Part shown: positions 26,119 through 39,589 of the stretch, one piece after another | Position numbering within the stretch: position 1 is the stretch's first letter | How the letters are laid out: every line of letters begins with the position of its first letter | Assembly (NCBI GenBank): GCA_964016885.1 | Contig: OZ024743.1 | Span: 242,854,001-242,918,000 of the forward strand | DNA from: Eledone cirrhosa | Taxonomy: Eukaryota | Length of the DNA stretch: 64,000 nt | Reading direction: 5' to 3' | Notes under the pieces: generated by a model | Seen by the model: only the letters and a program-made list of their open reading frames with translations | The model's database searches: none | Told to the model about the DNA's origin: nothing | Program-made: the position numbers and the translations under genes

Positions 26119-26386
26119 CTACAAAGGAATCTTATGTGATGTGAGCCTACTAAAATAACAATATTTCTCACAACATGATCTCTTAGGAATTATCTCTTCA
26201 AGACTGTATGAAGTTCTAACAATGTTATTAGACCCTACTATAAACAGGTAGATACCAGTATCTATCTGTGTCTGTGTTTGTATTACACAGTATATATAAT
26301 AGGTAGTGTATATATACATATATTTACACTCTACTATCCTCAAGTACTGAGTACTAGTCTTACTAGTTTAAACTGGTATAATCCTG

Positions 26387-26422
<36 letters not shown>

Positions 26423-26458
26423 TTGTATTTCACAGTATCTATAATAGGTGGTGTAAAT

Positions 26459-26520
<62 letters not shown>

Positions 26521-26556
26521 AATAAGTCAAATGTTTAAAATTTGGCTTCGTTTATT

Positions 26557-26611
26557 ACTGCTATATATATTTCGGTGACAGCCATCTTTGGTTGTGACCT
26601 CTTCAGGCAGT
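26557..26611 (-). ncRNA. Minimal hammerhead ribozyme (predicted) in ~95-bp inverted repeat (26519-26738)
   Basis: Minus: actgc-CTGAAGA-GGTcACA..TGTcACC-GAAA-T-atat-A-TA-gcagt; plus arm (26645-26699) has GAAA changed to AAAA. Confidence 0.75.
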
Positions 26612-27319
26612 CCGAATTAGTGTGGTAGAGACGAGTACACATGGACTGCCTGAAGAGGTCACAACCAAAGATGGCTGTCACCAAAATATATATAGCAGTA
26701 ATAAACGAAGCCAAATTTTAAACATTTGACTTATTTATTTTATTTTATTTTACATTACTCCGGAGTAACCAAACCAACCTGCGCACTTCGTCGAGTGCTC
26801 CAATCTGCATACTGGGGTGTTGGTATACAACCAACATATACTCAAAATTTATATATATAATATATATATATATATGTGTGTGTGTATAATTAAATATATA
26901 AATAGATAAATAAATGCCATTGTTAAATAATAAATCAATCAACTAATACCTTAACACTTCACACAAAGTAAAACATTTCGTTTTAATCATTTTCCAACCC
27001 AGAAAAAAGAGAGAGAGAAACAAAAAAGGAAAAAAATATATTTTTCTTCCTAATAATCATCTCTTTCCCCCTGTTTTCATATATATATATATATATATTG
27101 TTATACTTTGGGAGGGTCAATATATCGGTTTCAACACACGATTTCAGATAAAGAATCTTGCTAAACAAATTCAGAAACAATATATATATATATTTACACT
27201 CTAACCCATGCTAGCGTGGAAGATGGACGTTAAACGAAGATGATGATGATGACTCTACTATCCTCAAGTATTGAGTACTCTGCTAAGTTATAGTCTTATT
27301 AGTTTAAACTGGTATAATC

Positions 27320-27353
<34 letters not shown>

Positions 27354-27423
27354 AGTATGTGTGTATGTGTGTATGTGTGGGTGTTTGTTTGTATTACACA
27401 GTATATATAATAGGTGGTGTAAG

Positions 27424-27455
<32 letters not shown>

Positions 27456-27554
27456 CACTCTACTATCCTCAAGTATTGAGTACTCTGCTGAGTTATAGTC
27501 TTACTAGTTTAAACTGGTATAATCCTGATATATGTATATATGTGTGTGTGTGTA

Positions 27555-27593
<39 letters not shown>

Positions 27594-27672
27594 ATAATAA
27601 TAAAATTGAAGACTAAAATCCAAAGAGGGCTCGATAAGGAAAATATATATCAAATATATAAGAACTGTAGAG

Positions 27673-27733
<61 letters not shown>

Positions 27734-28017
27734 ACATATATATATATGTGTGTATATACATATATGTGTGTGTGCGTGTATTACACATAGTATATATAAT
27801 AGGTGGTGTATATATATTACAGGTTTTCTTAGTAGGTCAACATTTGCTATGCTAGCACACAGCAGCTTGGTGTGAGGTTCAGTGGGAGGAGGTGCTGTGT
27901 ATGTGTGCACGTGTATGCGTGTTTGTAGTTATACATGTAATTAATATTTCTATATGTATATAATCTGTTCAACACACTCACACACATATATATACATAGA
28001 TTTATATATATATATAT

Positions 28018-28140
28018 TTTTAATATAGATGAGATTCTACAGGACTAGAACTGTTTCATTCTTTAGAAATCATCAGGAATCCTGATGATTTCTAAAGAAT
28101 GAAACAGTTCTAGTCCTGTAGAATCTCATCTGTATTAAAA
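28018..28140. ncRNA. Near-perfect palindrome encoding a minimal HHR on each strand (minus 28033-28081; plus 28077-28125)
   Basis: Minus: gattc-CTGATGA-tTTCtaaaGAAt-GAAA-CAG-ttctagtc-CTG-TA-gaatc; same family as 25167-25218. Confidence 0.75.
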
Positions 28141-28211
28141 CTTTTATACTCTGCTATGTATTGAGTACCTTACTTACTGTGGTTACCTCCGATTCAACCC
28201 GGAATAACTTA

Positions 28212-28240
<29 letters not shown>

Positions 28241-28245
<5 letters not shown>

Positions 28246-29473
28246 GTATAAGATTATTAGGTATAAGATTATCCAAGATGTAGTGATGGTTAATTACTAC
28301 ACTGGATATGGTTGACGTACGGTAAGAGGTTACTCTACGAGTTATGGAAGAATTGTTCAAGAAACTTAGTTCCTGGTCCTTCAGTATTCCGGAGTGTATA
28401 TAAAGAATGAATAATAACAGGTAGACATCATAAAAAGGTAATTTATTCCGTGTGCTTACAAGTGTTTCCACGGTGGTACTGCAGCCTAGTTCCGCTACGT
28501 GCAAATTCACAAGTATTTGCAGAACTCGAATATCCAATGCTGTGACCACTGTTTCCTCAGAGCAGAATGGTAAATGTACAATGTAAAAACCCTTAAGTGG
28601 GGTTGTTGGGGAAGATAGAGTGGAACAGGAAGAGAGAAAAGTAGGGAAGAAGGAGAGAGAAGGAAAGATATGCAGGGGTTGGAGAAGTAGGAGAGAGTGG
28701 CTTGTAGATATCTTAATCAAAATGTTATGGTAGGGGTTTTATTAGTTACTTTTGGAGAGATGCTTAGATAGTTGAGGTCGGAATTATTTATTGCCCCAGA
28801 GGGCAGGTTCATAGATGTTGAGAGGGAGGTAGGTCAAAGGTGAGAGAGAGAGAGTGTAATGGATGTAGAGAGAGATATATAGGTAGAGAGGGGACAGATA
28901 AAGTATGTGTGGTGAGTGAACTTTTGGTTTTGCAGTAGTAATCTAGGAATTGTACTGAGTTACCATGTATAGTGATAAGCAGTGTATTGTCTTGTAGTGC
29001 GGGGGGGGGGGGGGGGAGAGAAGGTTGTTAGCTAGAAAGTGGTGTTGTAGTTACGGGTTCGAATGTTAAGTTATTTTATAGTGAGAGAATTTAGCTTTTA
29101 GTTTGTGGTTGCAGTATAATGATCGTTCAATTCTATCGTTAAGTAGTTTGTTTTGGGATTTTAGTATGTAAAATAGCTCAAGGTTACATAACCTGCAGTA
29201 CTTCGATCCACTCCGATATGCATTTGCGCTGGAAAGTATATCCCATTTTAAGGTGAACTGTTGGTTGTGTTCACGGAGTTGCCAGGTCTTGTTGGCGAGC
29301 GTGGTCACAAAACGGTGATTCGGATGTTTGATTGAGAATCGATGACGGTACCAGCGAGATTTAAACGATGTGGTGGTAGATCCGATATAATACCATTTCT
29401 GGTCGTGGAAACACTTGTAAGCACACGGAATAAATTACCTTTTTATGATGTCTACCTGTTATTATTCATTCTT

Positions 29474-29476
<3 letters not shown>
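28241..29476 (-). mobile_element. 5'-truncated Naiad-type Penelope-like element: GIY-YIG C-terminus, 3' UTR, pLTR, and inverted pLTR piece at the 5' junction
   Basis: VYIGSTTTSFKSRWYRH...TTLANKTWQL..LKWDIL..Y..GSKYCRLCNLE (29066-29403); 29404-29474 is the reverse complement of 28401-28471; TA-flanked. Confidence 0.85.
28453..28564 (-). ncRNA. Hammerhead ribozyme (predicted) with long stem II, in the pLTR of the Naiad-type element
   Basis: Minus: tgct-CTGAGGA-aACaGTGGT...ACCACcGTg-GAAA-C-actt-G-TA-agca. Confidence 0.7.
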
Positions 29477-29519
<43 letters not shown>

Positions 29520-29658
29520 GAAACTCCGTAATAGCACCACCAGCTACAAAAACAAAGACGGTTGAACTGCCTTACGTTGAGTACTCTCTATATTATTGCA
29601 TTACGATTGACCATACGGAATAGACCAGCTCTATACAGTGGTGAACCTCAAACCTGAA

Positions 29659-29749
<91 letters not shown>

Positions 29750-29804
29750 TTATATATATATATATATGGATATATATATATATGGATATATGTATATATA
29801 TATA

Positions 29805-30374
29805 TGGGCGATCAAAACTGATGGTAGTTACAGAGTAGGTAGACCCAGAAAAACCTGGGACGATCTGATAAATTCCGACCTTACACACTTGCACCTCTCT
29901 AGGACAATGTCTCTGAACCAACATCTTTGGCGCTACGCAGTAATACAGAAGACCCGCCTTGCATATGTACAAAGCGAAACCTACAGTCAGTAGGCACCTC
30001 TTAACCAAATATACACCCCAATCCACTACCCCTACCCTATCCTCCCACTCCCACCAACACCACCCCCTCTCTATAAAGTTGGTACCACAACATCCAGTCC
30101 AAATAAATGAGATCGAGATCGAGATCGTGTAGGTGTCACGAGAAAAAAACACACAGTCCACACTGTAATGTGGCCGTGTAGGTAACACGGTAAAAAGTTC
30201 CCAGTTCCACACTGTAAATGTGGTTGGTGTTAGGAAGGACATCCAGCCATAGAAAACCTGCCAGACAGTCCTATACAAGCGAGACACGGTCACCCGACCT
30301 ACCTTGCCTCAAGTGGCACAACTCCCGTCTAACCCATGCTAGCGTGGAAAGTGGACGTTAAACGAAGATGATGA

Positions 30375-30377
<3 letters not shown>
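29805..30377 (+). mobile_element. Composite RTE 3' fragment plus family-C SINE-like repeat
   Basis: [14 protein letters not shown] motif followed by sequence shared with 62155-62594; (GAT)n tail. Confidence 0.7.
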
Positions 30378-30430
<53 letters not shown>

Positions 30431-30498
30431 GGATATATATATATGGATATATATATGGATATATATATATATGGATATATATATATATATATATATCT

Positions 30499-30695
30499 AT
30501 AGGAACAAGTAAGACCCCGACGGCTGAGCTCAAGCCGTTTCGACGGCTAATTCTGGAGTCCAGAATTAGCCGTCGAAACGGCTTGAGCTCAGCCGTCGGG
30601 GTCTTACTGGTTCCTATTACCCACTCTACTACCCTAAGTATTGAGTACTTTGCTGCGTTATGGTCCACCTGGTTCCTTACCACATTTCCTTCGTT
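30499..30695 (+). mobile_element. pLTR-like repeat beginning with a ~118-bp palindrome that contains the 3' half of an HHR
   Basis: Palindrome 30499-30616 centred on TCTGGAGTCCAGA; GAAA-CGGCT-tgagctc-AGCCG-TC; homologue at 59799-59992. Confidence 0.65.
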
Positions 30696-30700
30696 ATATA

Positions 30701-30779
<79 letters not shown>

Positions 30780-31241
30780 TCATATATATATATATAAGGA
30801 TATATATATATATATATATATGGATATATATATGGATATATATATATATATATGGATATATATATATATGGATATGTATATATATATGGATATATATATA
30901 TATATGGATATATATATATATGTATATGGATATATATATATATGTATATGGATATATATAATATATATATGGATATATATATATAATATATATATATGGA
31001 TATATATATAATATATATATATGGATATATATATCCATATATATATATATATATATATATATATGGATATATATATGGATATATATATGGATATATATAT
31101 ATATCTATGTATATGGAGATATATATATAATATATATATGGATATATATATATGTATATGGATATATATATATAATATATATATGGATAATATATATATA
31201 TGGATATATTTATATATATATATAATATATATATATGGATA

Positions 31242-31296
<55 letters not shown>

Positions 31297-31334
31297 ATAT
31301 ATATATATATATATATGGATATATATATATATAT

Positions 31335-31375
<41 letters not shown>

Positions 31376-31930
31376 TATATATATAAATGTGTGTGTAATT
31401 GTATGTGTGTGTGTGTGTGTATTGAACAGATTATAAATATATATGTGTGTGTATGTATATATAGACACACACATATACACACATATATGTGTGTGTGTGT
31501 GTGCGTGTGTATGTATGTATGTGTATGTATATGTATGTTGGTAAGTGTCTGAATGTATGTGTATATTTGTCAATTTGGTAAATGTACATGTATATTCATA
31601 GTTATGTGTGTGCGTGTCGCATCAATTTATGACCAACCAGATGTGTGTGTGTATATATGTGTGTGTGTGTATATATATTTGTGTATGTATGCGCATATGT
31701 ATGTGTGTAACTTCCATTTATGACCAACCAAATGTGTATGTTTATATGTATATGTGTATGTGTATGTGCATATAAGTATATATACATGTACATATATATA
31801 CATATATAAATATATATATGTTTGTGCATATAAGTATATATATATACATGTACATATATATACATATATAAATATATATATATGCGTGTGTGTTTGTGTG
31901 TGAGAGAGAGAGAATGTGCATGTGTGTGTG
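30696..31930. repeat. Long (TA)n / TATATGGA / (TG)n microsatellite field
   Basis: Directly visible. Confidence 0.95.
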
Positions 31931-32806
31931 TAGCTTCCATTTATGACCAACCAGATAAATATTGATTATTAACTTTCACTACTTCTGTAGGAATAATAAA
32001 ATAGATGAAGAGCAATTGAATTTTAGCCAACTTTTATAGCATTTACTTATTACTATCACTACCATCACCACTGCTACCACTAATATCACCACCACCATCA
32101 CTAACCACCACCCACAACTACCACACTCACCATCATCAACCACCATCACCAACCAATATCACTAACCACCACTACCATCACCACTAATATAACCACCAGC
32201 ACCATCACCACAGCCATCATTAACACCACCATCACCATTGCAATCACTAACCACCACTACCACCATCACCACCACCAACAACACAACTAACACCACAACT
32301 ACAACCACCACAACCACTACCAGCAATAACAACACCAACACCAACGCTACCACCACCAAAACTACCAACACTCCCACCACACCACCCCAACCACTACCAA
32401 CACTCCCACTACACACCCCCACCACCAACAACAACACCAACCCCCACCATAACTACCAACACTTCCATCACCCCACCCCAACCACTATCTCCACCCCCAC
32501 CAACTCCACTACCATTACCAATGACAAATCTTAACTGAACTGAAAATCTTGAAAAAAATTACTTTCACATCCCAAGTTTATATTCACATGAAACAAATTG
32601 GTCTTTAATACATATAAACATACATATAAACATACATATAAACAAACATATAAACATACATATAAACATACATATAAATATACATATAAACACACTGGTG
32701 TTTATTACATATAAACACATTAGTGGTTAATACATATAAACATACATATAAATATACATATAAACAAGGTGGAATTTATTACACATACATTGGTATTTAT
32801 TACATA

Positions 32807-33533
32807 CTAGCTGAGGTACCCAGCTTCGCCCGGGATAAAAGAGAAAACGACTGTATTGGATGTGTTGTCTGGTATGAGGTGAGACCGTAATGTGTGTGTG
32901 TGTGAGAGAGATACAAAAAAAAAACAATCATAAAACTTCCTTATTAGGCTGGGGGAGTAAACTGCCGATTAAATGGTAGCATTGGCCTTGGATTTTAAAT
33001 GTTGTGAAATAACCATAGTCAATATGATCTTTTTTCTGCTCCAAAGAAACTCATCTGAAACACAGCAATATACCACATAACATTGCTTCTGAAGTGTTGC
33101 TTCATTAGTACAGACTGTAAGTAGTATATGGATAAAAGCTGGAGAGTAGATTAATTTCAAATAGTATTAGTTTTTCTTTGATCTGTAAAATCAAAGACTG
33201 TAAAACTACTTTACAAAAGCTAATGCAATATTGTTAAACCTTCCTATAGATCAAAGGATCTATAATTTAAGCCGTTTCTAAACTTTCGTGGGACGTTACT
33301 CTCTCTCTCTCTGTCTCTCTCTCTGAATATCTAACACTTTGATTGTATCTCTCTCTGTATAACGACCTATCTCTCTTTTCTGTCTCTCCCTGTGTCTCTC
33401 TCTCCTTAGATGTGTGTGTGTGTGTGTGTGGTGTGTGGTGTGTGTGTGTGTGTGTGGTGTGGTGTGTGGTGTGTGTGTGTGTGTGTGTAGTTTTCATGTG
33501 ATTCAACCAACAAACATCTACCTTTTATATAGA
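32807..33533 (-). mobile_element. Non-autonomous Helitron-like element
   Basis: Minus strand starts TCTATATAAAAGG and ends CCCGGGCGAAGCTGGGTACCTCAGCTAG; inserted between A and T with no TSD (empty site restores the local repeat TTATTACATATAAACACATT). Confidence 0.75.
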
Positions 33534-33599
33534 TAAACACATTGGTGTTTAATAAGTATAAACAATAAACCATGTTAACACATGGACACAAACTTAAAC

Positions 33600-34278
33600 A
33601 GATGATGATGATGATGGTAGTGGCGATGGTGGTGGCGATGATGATGGTAGTGATGGTAGTGGCGGTGGTGGTGGCGATGATGATGGTAGTGATGGTAGTG
33701 GCGGTGGTGGTGGTGATGATGATGGTAGTGATGATAGTGGCGGTGGTGGTGGCGATGATGATGATGATGGTAGTGGCGTGGTGGTAGTGGTGGTGGAGGG
33801 GTGATGGTGATGGTGTTGGCGACGGCAATGATGATGATGATGGTGGTGGTGGTGGTGGTGGTGGTGGTGGTGGTGGTGGTAGTGGTGGAGGTGTTAGGGT
33901 GATGGTGATGATGTTGGTGGTGGCGACGGCAATGATGATGATGGTGGTGGTGGTGGTGTTGGCGACGGCAATGATGATGATGGTGGTGGTGGTGGTGGTG
34001 CAGGTGATGCTGGAGATGATGGTATTGGTGGTGGATTAAGTTGGTAGTGCTGGGGATGGAGGTGAGGGTGTTGGTGGTGTTGACAACAGCAACGACGATA
34101 GGGGTGGTGTTGGTAGTGCTGGTGATGATGAAAGTGGTGGTGGTGGTGGTAATAGTAGTAGTGATGGTGCTGGTGATAGTGTTGGTGGTGGTGGTGACAG
34201 CAACGATGACGGGGATAATGATAATGATACTGGTGGTGGTGGTGGTGGCAGTATTTGTATTAGTACTGGAGGAGGTGA

Positions 34279-34312
<34 letters not shown>

Positions 34313-34430
34313 GGTGGTGCCAGTATTTGTGTTAGTACTGAAGGAGGTGATGATGATGATGATGGTGGTGGTGGTGGCAGTATTTGTATTAGTACTGGAG
34401 GAGGTGATGATGATGATGATGATGATGATG
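33600..34430. repeat. (GAT)n/(GGT)n low-complexity region
   Basis: Directly visible. Confidence 0.9.
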
Positions 34431-35332
34431 GGACCCTCCATCAAAATGTTTGACAATAAGTATTCAACTGAACTACATACCCAGTGGCTGAGTATTCCAT
34501 AGACACTTGTACCCTTAAGATTACTCCCAGGCCAAATCAGCATGACACAATGTCTGAGAACGCTGGAGCTTTGAAATTACAGATCCAATTCATCTTAAAA
34601 GATTCCAAAGTTTCCATCAAGCCAATCTCACTGACAAGGCTTCAGTCAATAAATTGATACTACACATTGGTATATACACAATGATTGTGAGGCAAACTAC
34701 TTAACCACTTGATCAATCATATGGAATCAGAGAGCAATCTTTCTGTCAGAAATGTTCTGTGAACTAGGCTAAAACTATTTTCTGTCTTCAGGGCTAGTGC
34801 AACATTAAGGCCATTTAGGCAGCCGCCTAGGGTGGCAACCTCAGAGAACTGCATTACTGAACCTTAAACTGGCCATATTCGCCCAGAATTCTCTCACCTC
34901 TTTCTGTTCAAACCAGCTGTAACTTGACTGCTCCTACTAATGTTAAGGTATTGTTCTCAAAATAAATGATATCAATATCTCATAGATTCCATATTATGTG
35001 AAAATATAATAGTAAATATAATAGTAAATATAGAGCAATGTAAATGCTAAAGGGTTAAAGGATCAGTGTTACACAAATATGAAATAGTCAAATTAAATAT
35101 GGGTGTATTTTTAGAATAATTACATCATATACCTGCATATAGTAAGAAGCAACTAAAAGGGTTGGTGCCAGGAAGGGTGTCTAACTATAAAACACTGCAT
35201 TACAAATGGACCCCCATGATACATATGAAGTTCATCATGCCCCCCACCGCCACCCACCCCACTTCCCATAATGGCCTTAAAACACTTGTGTGTGTTGTTG
35301 ATTTTGAATCAGTTATCCACCAATCCCCTCCC

Positions 35333-35532
35333 NNNNNNNNNNNNNNNNNNNNNNNNNNNNNNNNNNNNNNNNNNNNNNNNNNNNNNNNNNNNNNNNNNNN
35401 NNNNNNNNNNNNNNNNNNNNNNNNNNNNNNNNNNNNNNNNNNNNNNNNNNNNNNNNNNNNNNNNNNNNNNNNNNNNNNNNNNNNNNNNNNNNNNNNNNNN
35501 NNNNNNNNNNNNNNNNNNNNNNNNNNNNNNNN
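35333..35532. other. Assembly gap (200 N)
   Basis: N run. Confidence 1.
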
Positions 35533-35815
35533 TTCGTAATCTAAATAATGAAAATGTTATTGGTATACAGTGGAATACTGTGACTGGTACTGGGATTAGG
35601 AATTGGTAATGGGGAACAGGGGGGGGGGGGGGGGTGGGGGGGTAATTGAAGAAAGTTGGGCAACGGCAATAATCTTTATCAGAACACATTGGGAAACAAA
35701 CTAAGACTGGTGGGCTGCTGGTAATAAACCCTACCTTGATCCCAGTATGTAATCCCAGAGAGGACCTGCTATTAGATACGGCAGCCTCCCAAGGCAAGTC
35801 ATTATTTACCAATAA

Positions 35816-36008
35816 GGGCGGTGGATTGGCAGTATTGGTAGAGGGTTGTATGCCATGCTTTGCAGCAAAGAGTTACGGCCCTTTATGATCTGAGTTCAAA
35901 TCCCGCCGAGGTTAACTTTGCTTTCATCCTTACGGGGTCGATAAAATAAAGTACCAGTAAAACACTGGGATAAATGCTGGCCTTGTGCCAAAAATAGAAA
36001 CAATTATT
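35816..36008 (+). mobile_element. SINE family A, full length
   Basis: GGCGGTGGATTGGCAGTATTGG head, B box, core and tail. Confidence 0.88.
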
Positions 36009-36889
36009 TACCAATATTGGGCTGGGCCCCGCATTATATCAGGCAGTGACTCTTCACTACTGAAGTACTTCCACCTATCCATCCATGGGTCCAAAGCTCC
36101 TGATGGAGTCGTAGGGTCAATGTGTGACATAGGGGCACTGTTGTAACATACATCTCAGGTATTTAAACCTGGCATTGCTCATCCCTCTCAAGGTCTGGAG
36201 CAAGAGACACAATGTGTGTGTGTGTATATGTGTGATGTAGTCATAATGATGTTTTGTACTTTTCAAGAATACCTTGCTAATGAGGTTTCAAGCAATATAA
36301 GATGTTATGAGTTAATATCAACATAAACAAAAAATATAATTTACAGCTCATGCCTAAAAAGATTTAACACGACCTCCTACAAAGTCACATCTCATAGGAG
36401 GTTGTTGTAATGATAAGGACCACAATTCCTATCATGAAAAGCAGCATGAAATGAAGCATCTTGCTCAAGAACACGATGCACTGCTTGGTCTGGAAATTGA
36501 ACCCATGATCTTATGATCATGAGCCCAATAACTTATGTACTAGGTCATGCACCTTCACTCTATCAACAGATAAGTTTCATCAATTCCTGAGTCCCTTTAA
36601 ATATTTTATTACCCAAATCTTCCTAAACTCAATGGACATTTACGCATAACTCGATAAATACAAGAACCATACCAAAAAAATATGGATGACAGTTTATTTT
36701 TTTATGCAAAAACTAAAGAGGAAGGAATTAGTAATGGAAATAAGAACCACAGCAAACTAAATTATCCTTTGTTAAGAGTTTGTTATTCATGAAGTGAGCT
36801 AATAAAAAGTGTATACCTGATAAGACAAACACTTAGCGAAGTTAGTCTTAACATAACCCTAGAAACCATTCCTAGTTCTACAATATAAA

Positions 36890-37063
36890 CAGACCTGTCA
36901 ACTCACCCTGTTTGACAGGGAGATCTCCCACCCACTTTGGAGTGGGTAAGAGATGTCTTATCTTGTGAAAATGAGTATAGCTTTCATTATGTAAAATCTC
37001 ACCATTTTAGGGCACTTTTTTCATGGTACTGCCTGTTTGGCTTTTTAGGGGTTGGCAGGTCTG
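36890..37063. mobile_element. MITE with 13-bp TIRs and 7-bp TSD
   Basis: CAGACCTGTCAAC / GTTGGCAGGTCTG; ATATAAA on both sides. Confidence 0.7.
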
Positions 37064-37552
37064 ATATAAAACTATTCGTTTTAAAGTATTTATTTAAAAA
37101 TTTTCCATATTTTTATGTAATAAGATTTGTTAAGTTATGTTCCAAACATCAACTTAATAATGAGAAAATGATTTATATTATGAAATATCTCTAAATACTT
37201 AATTGTTTTCAAAATCATAGGCAGTGTCTTTCATTAGAGATATAGTAATGAAGGATTAAATCTAAATAAAATGATGACTAATACCATTATTTTCATCACC
37301 ACATGTTATATCAAGTTACTTATATAATACTCCATGTATTAAATCATCACCTTACCTATTGTTTTTTGTGGAGATGGTATCTCTAGATTGTAAAACATTT
37401 TAAACCTGACATATCTTCTTCATAATTTTTCTCAGCTACTCTTACTTAACTCCCAATGACCTATTACCACATTGGCTACAAAACTCTTGGAAAATATAAA
37501 ATAGTACTAAAACTGCAACACATTAAAAATTAATGTCTTCATTTAATACTAT

Positions 37553-37669
37553 AATAATAATGAAATTATTGTGTACAGTGCTCAGGTGCAGTACAACTCA
37601 TCAAAGGTGCATGTATAGTACATAGAATAATGTACAAATGTCAGGAAAATGAACAGTGTATGAGTCATG

Positions 37670-37711
<42 letters not shown>

Positions 37712-38418
37712 AATATTGTGTACAGTGCCCAGGTGCACCACAACTCATCAAAAAGTGCATGTACAGTACATAGGGCAATGCACAAACATCAGAAAAATGA
37801 ACAGTGCACGAGTCATGATACACACATGTGTGCATGTGTATGGAAGAGGTACATCAGGTGTAGTTTTGGCGTATTTCGGGAAGCATGAGTGTCTTAAAGA
37901 ATGCAGTGTCTCGGCAGCTAACAACTGACGCAGGCAGTTTGTTCCATGCTTCAGCAACTCAGAGCGTGAAAAAATGTCTACGAAAGTCATGGGAGCTGTG
38001 CTGTTTTCTGATTTTGTAGGCATGTCCACGTGTGTTAGACACATGGAGATCAAAAAGGTGCTCAGGGTTGCAATTGGCGAGATGGTTAATAACTTTGTGG
38101 GTATTCACCAAGTCCATTGCCAGACGTCGGAGCTTCAATGAATCCATGCCCAGGGAAGCAAGGCGTTCAGAGTATGGTAGGTGTCTGATGGAGGGTATGC
38201 GCTTGGTTGCACATCTCTGAACAGTTTCCAGGAGGTCAATGTTCTGAACAAGATAGGGGTTCCAGACTGATGATGCGAATTCCAAGTGTGGTCGTACCAT
38301 AGCTGTATACAGTTTTAAATAGATGGCTGGAGAGCGGCTAACAAAGGTCTTGCTGAGTGATGCCAAGACACCCTCGGCCTTCTTGACAATCTTAGAGACA
38401 TGCTTTGTCCAACGCAAC
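37553..38418 (-). mobile_element. CR1-group LINE 3' fragment with duplicated 3' end
   Basis: LYTAMVRPHLEFASSVWNPY..LETVQRCATKRIP..YSERL..NTRGH (ORF 37959-38417); 37560-37670 duplicates 37708-37818, each with an (ATT)n tail. Confidence 0.88.
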
Positions 38419-39554
38419 TGTTCACAATAATGTGTCCAGTAGTGAAGATACTATAAACATTTGAATTAACAAACCCATTTTAAGTTATTTTCTGCTAAAT
38501 CATTACAGGATCTTAAGAGTCAATCAACAACTATGCATATGCAACATAAATTTTAACATAACTGACTGTATCACATTAAATATTAAAGTCTTTACTCTAA
38601 TACTACAAATTTTCACAACAGCCAGACCAGTAGTAAAGATACTATAAACATTTGAATTAACAAACCCATTTCTAGACATCTTCTGTTAGAACATTCTAAG
38701 AGTTAAACAAACAGTGAAGAAAAACAAACACTTGTGAAAAATATTAGTACTTGTAATTAGTTTGTGATGACGTAGTTGGTTGAAATAGTCTTAATGTTAA
38801 CACCCACGTTGAAATCATTGAAACAGTAAAAAATGTAATCAGATATATTCACAAAAAGAAATGAAATGATAATTGCATACACGTATATATTCAAAACAAA
38901 GAAACATACATATATATACATACATACACACATATACATATATATATATACATACACACATATACATATACATATATATATACACACACGCACACACACA
39001 TATATATATATATATATATAAAAAAGGTAAACAAAAATAACAAAACAAACAGCACAGTACATGAAGAAATATATTAGTTTAACGCTTGAAATAGCAGGAA
39101 GAGAAACTTAACATATATATATATATATATATGCACTCACATATATATATATAAATATATATATATATCATCATCATCATCATCTTCGCTTAACGTCTAT
39201 CTATTATAGATACTTATACATGTATTTATAATATAGACATACATTATATATTATCATGATCATTTTCCCAGCTAGCAATGGTTGGACATGTTGTCACAAA
39301 CCAAGTCAGTACTTAATTGGAGCTAGTGACTTCTTGGACTGGCCACGCGGCTGCATCATACATTCATAAATTTCTACAGAACACTAGGGAGACTGTTGTG
39401 TCTTTGACACACCTGAAGAGTCCTCTTGATCCTTTTGTTTGGCAAGCTTTCTGCAACTGAATACCTTATACCTTCCTATCAATCACCTTAGAGATTGTGC
39501 TGGGTGCATTTTATTGTGACACCAATATGCACAGACATATACGTATATACATAT

Positions 39555-39589
<35 letters not shown>

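Noticed and set aside
30583-31950. Long IY/HT/CV ORFs (also 13992-14740, 33575-34543 and similar)
   Set aside because: Translations of di- and trinucleotide microsatellites
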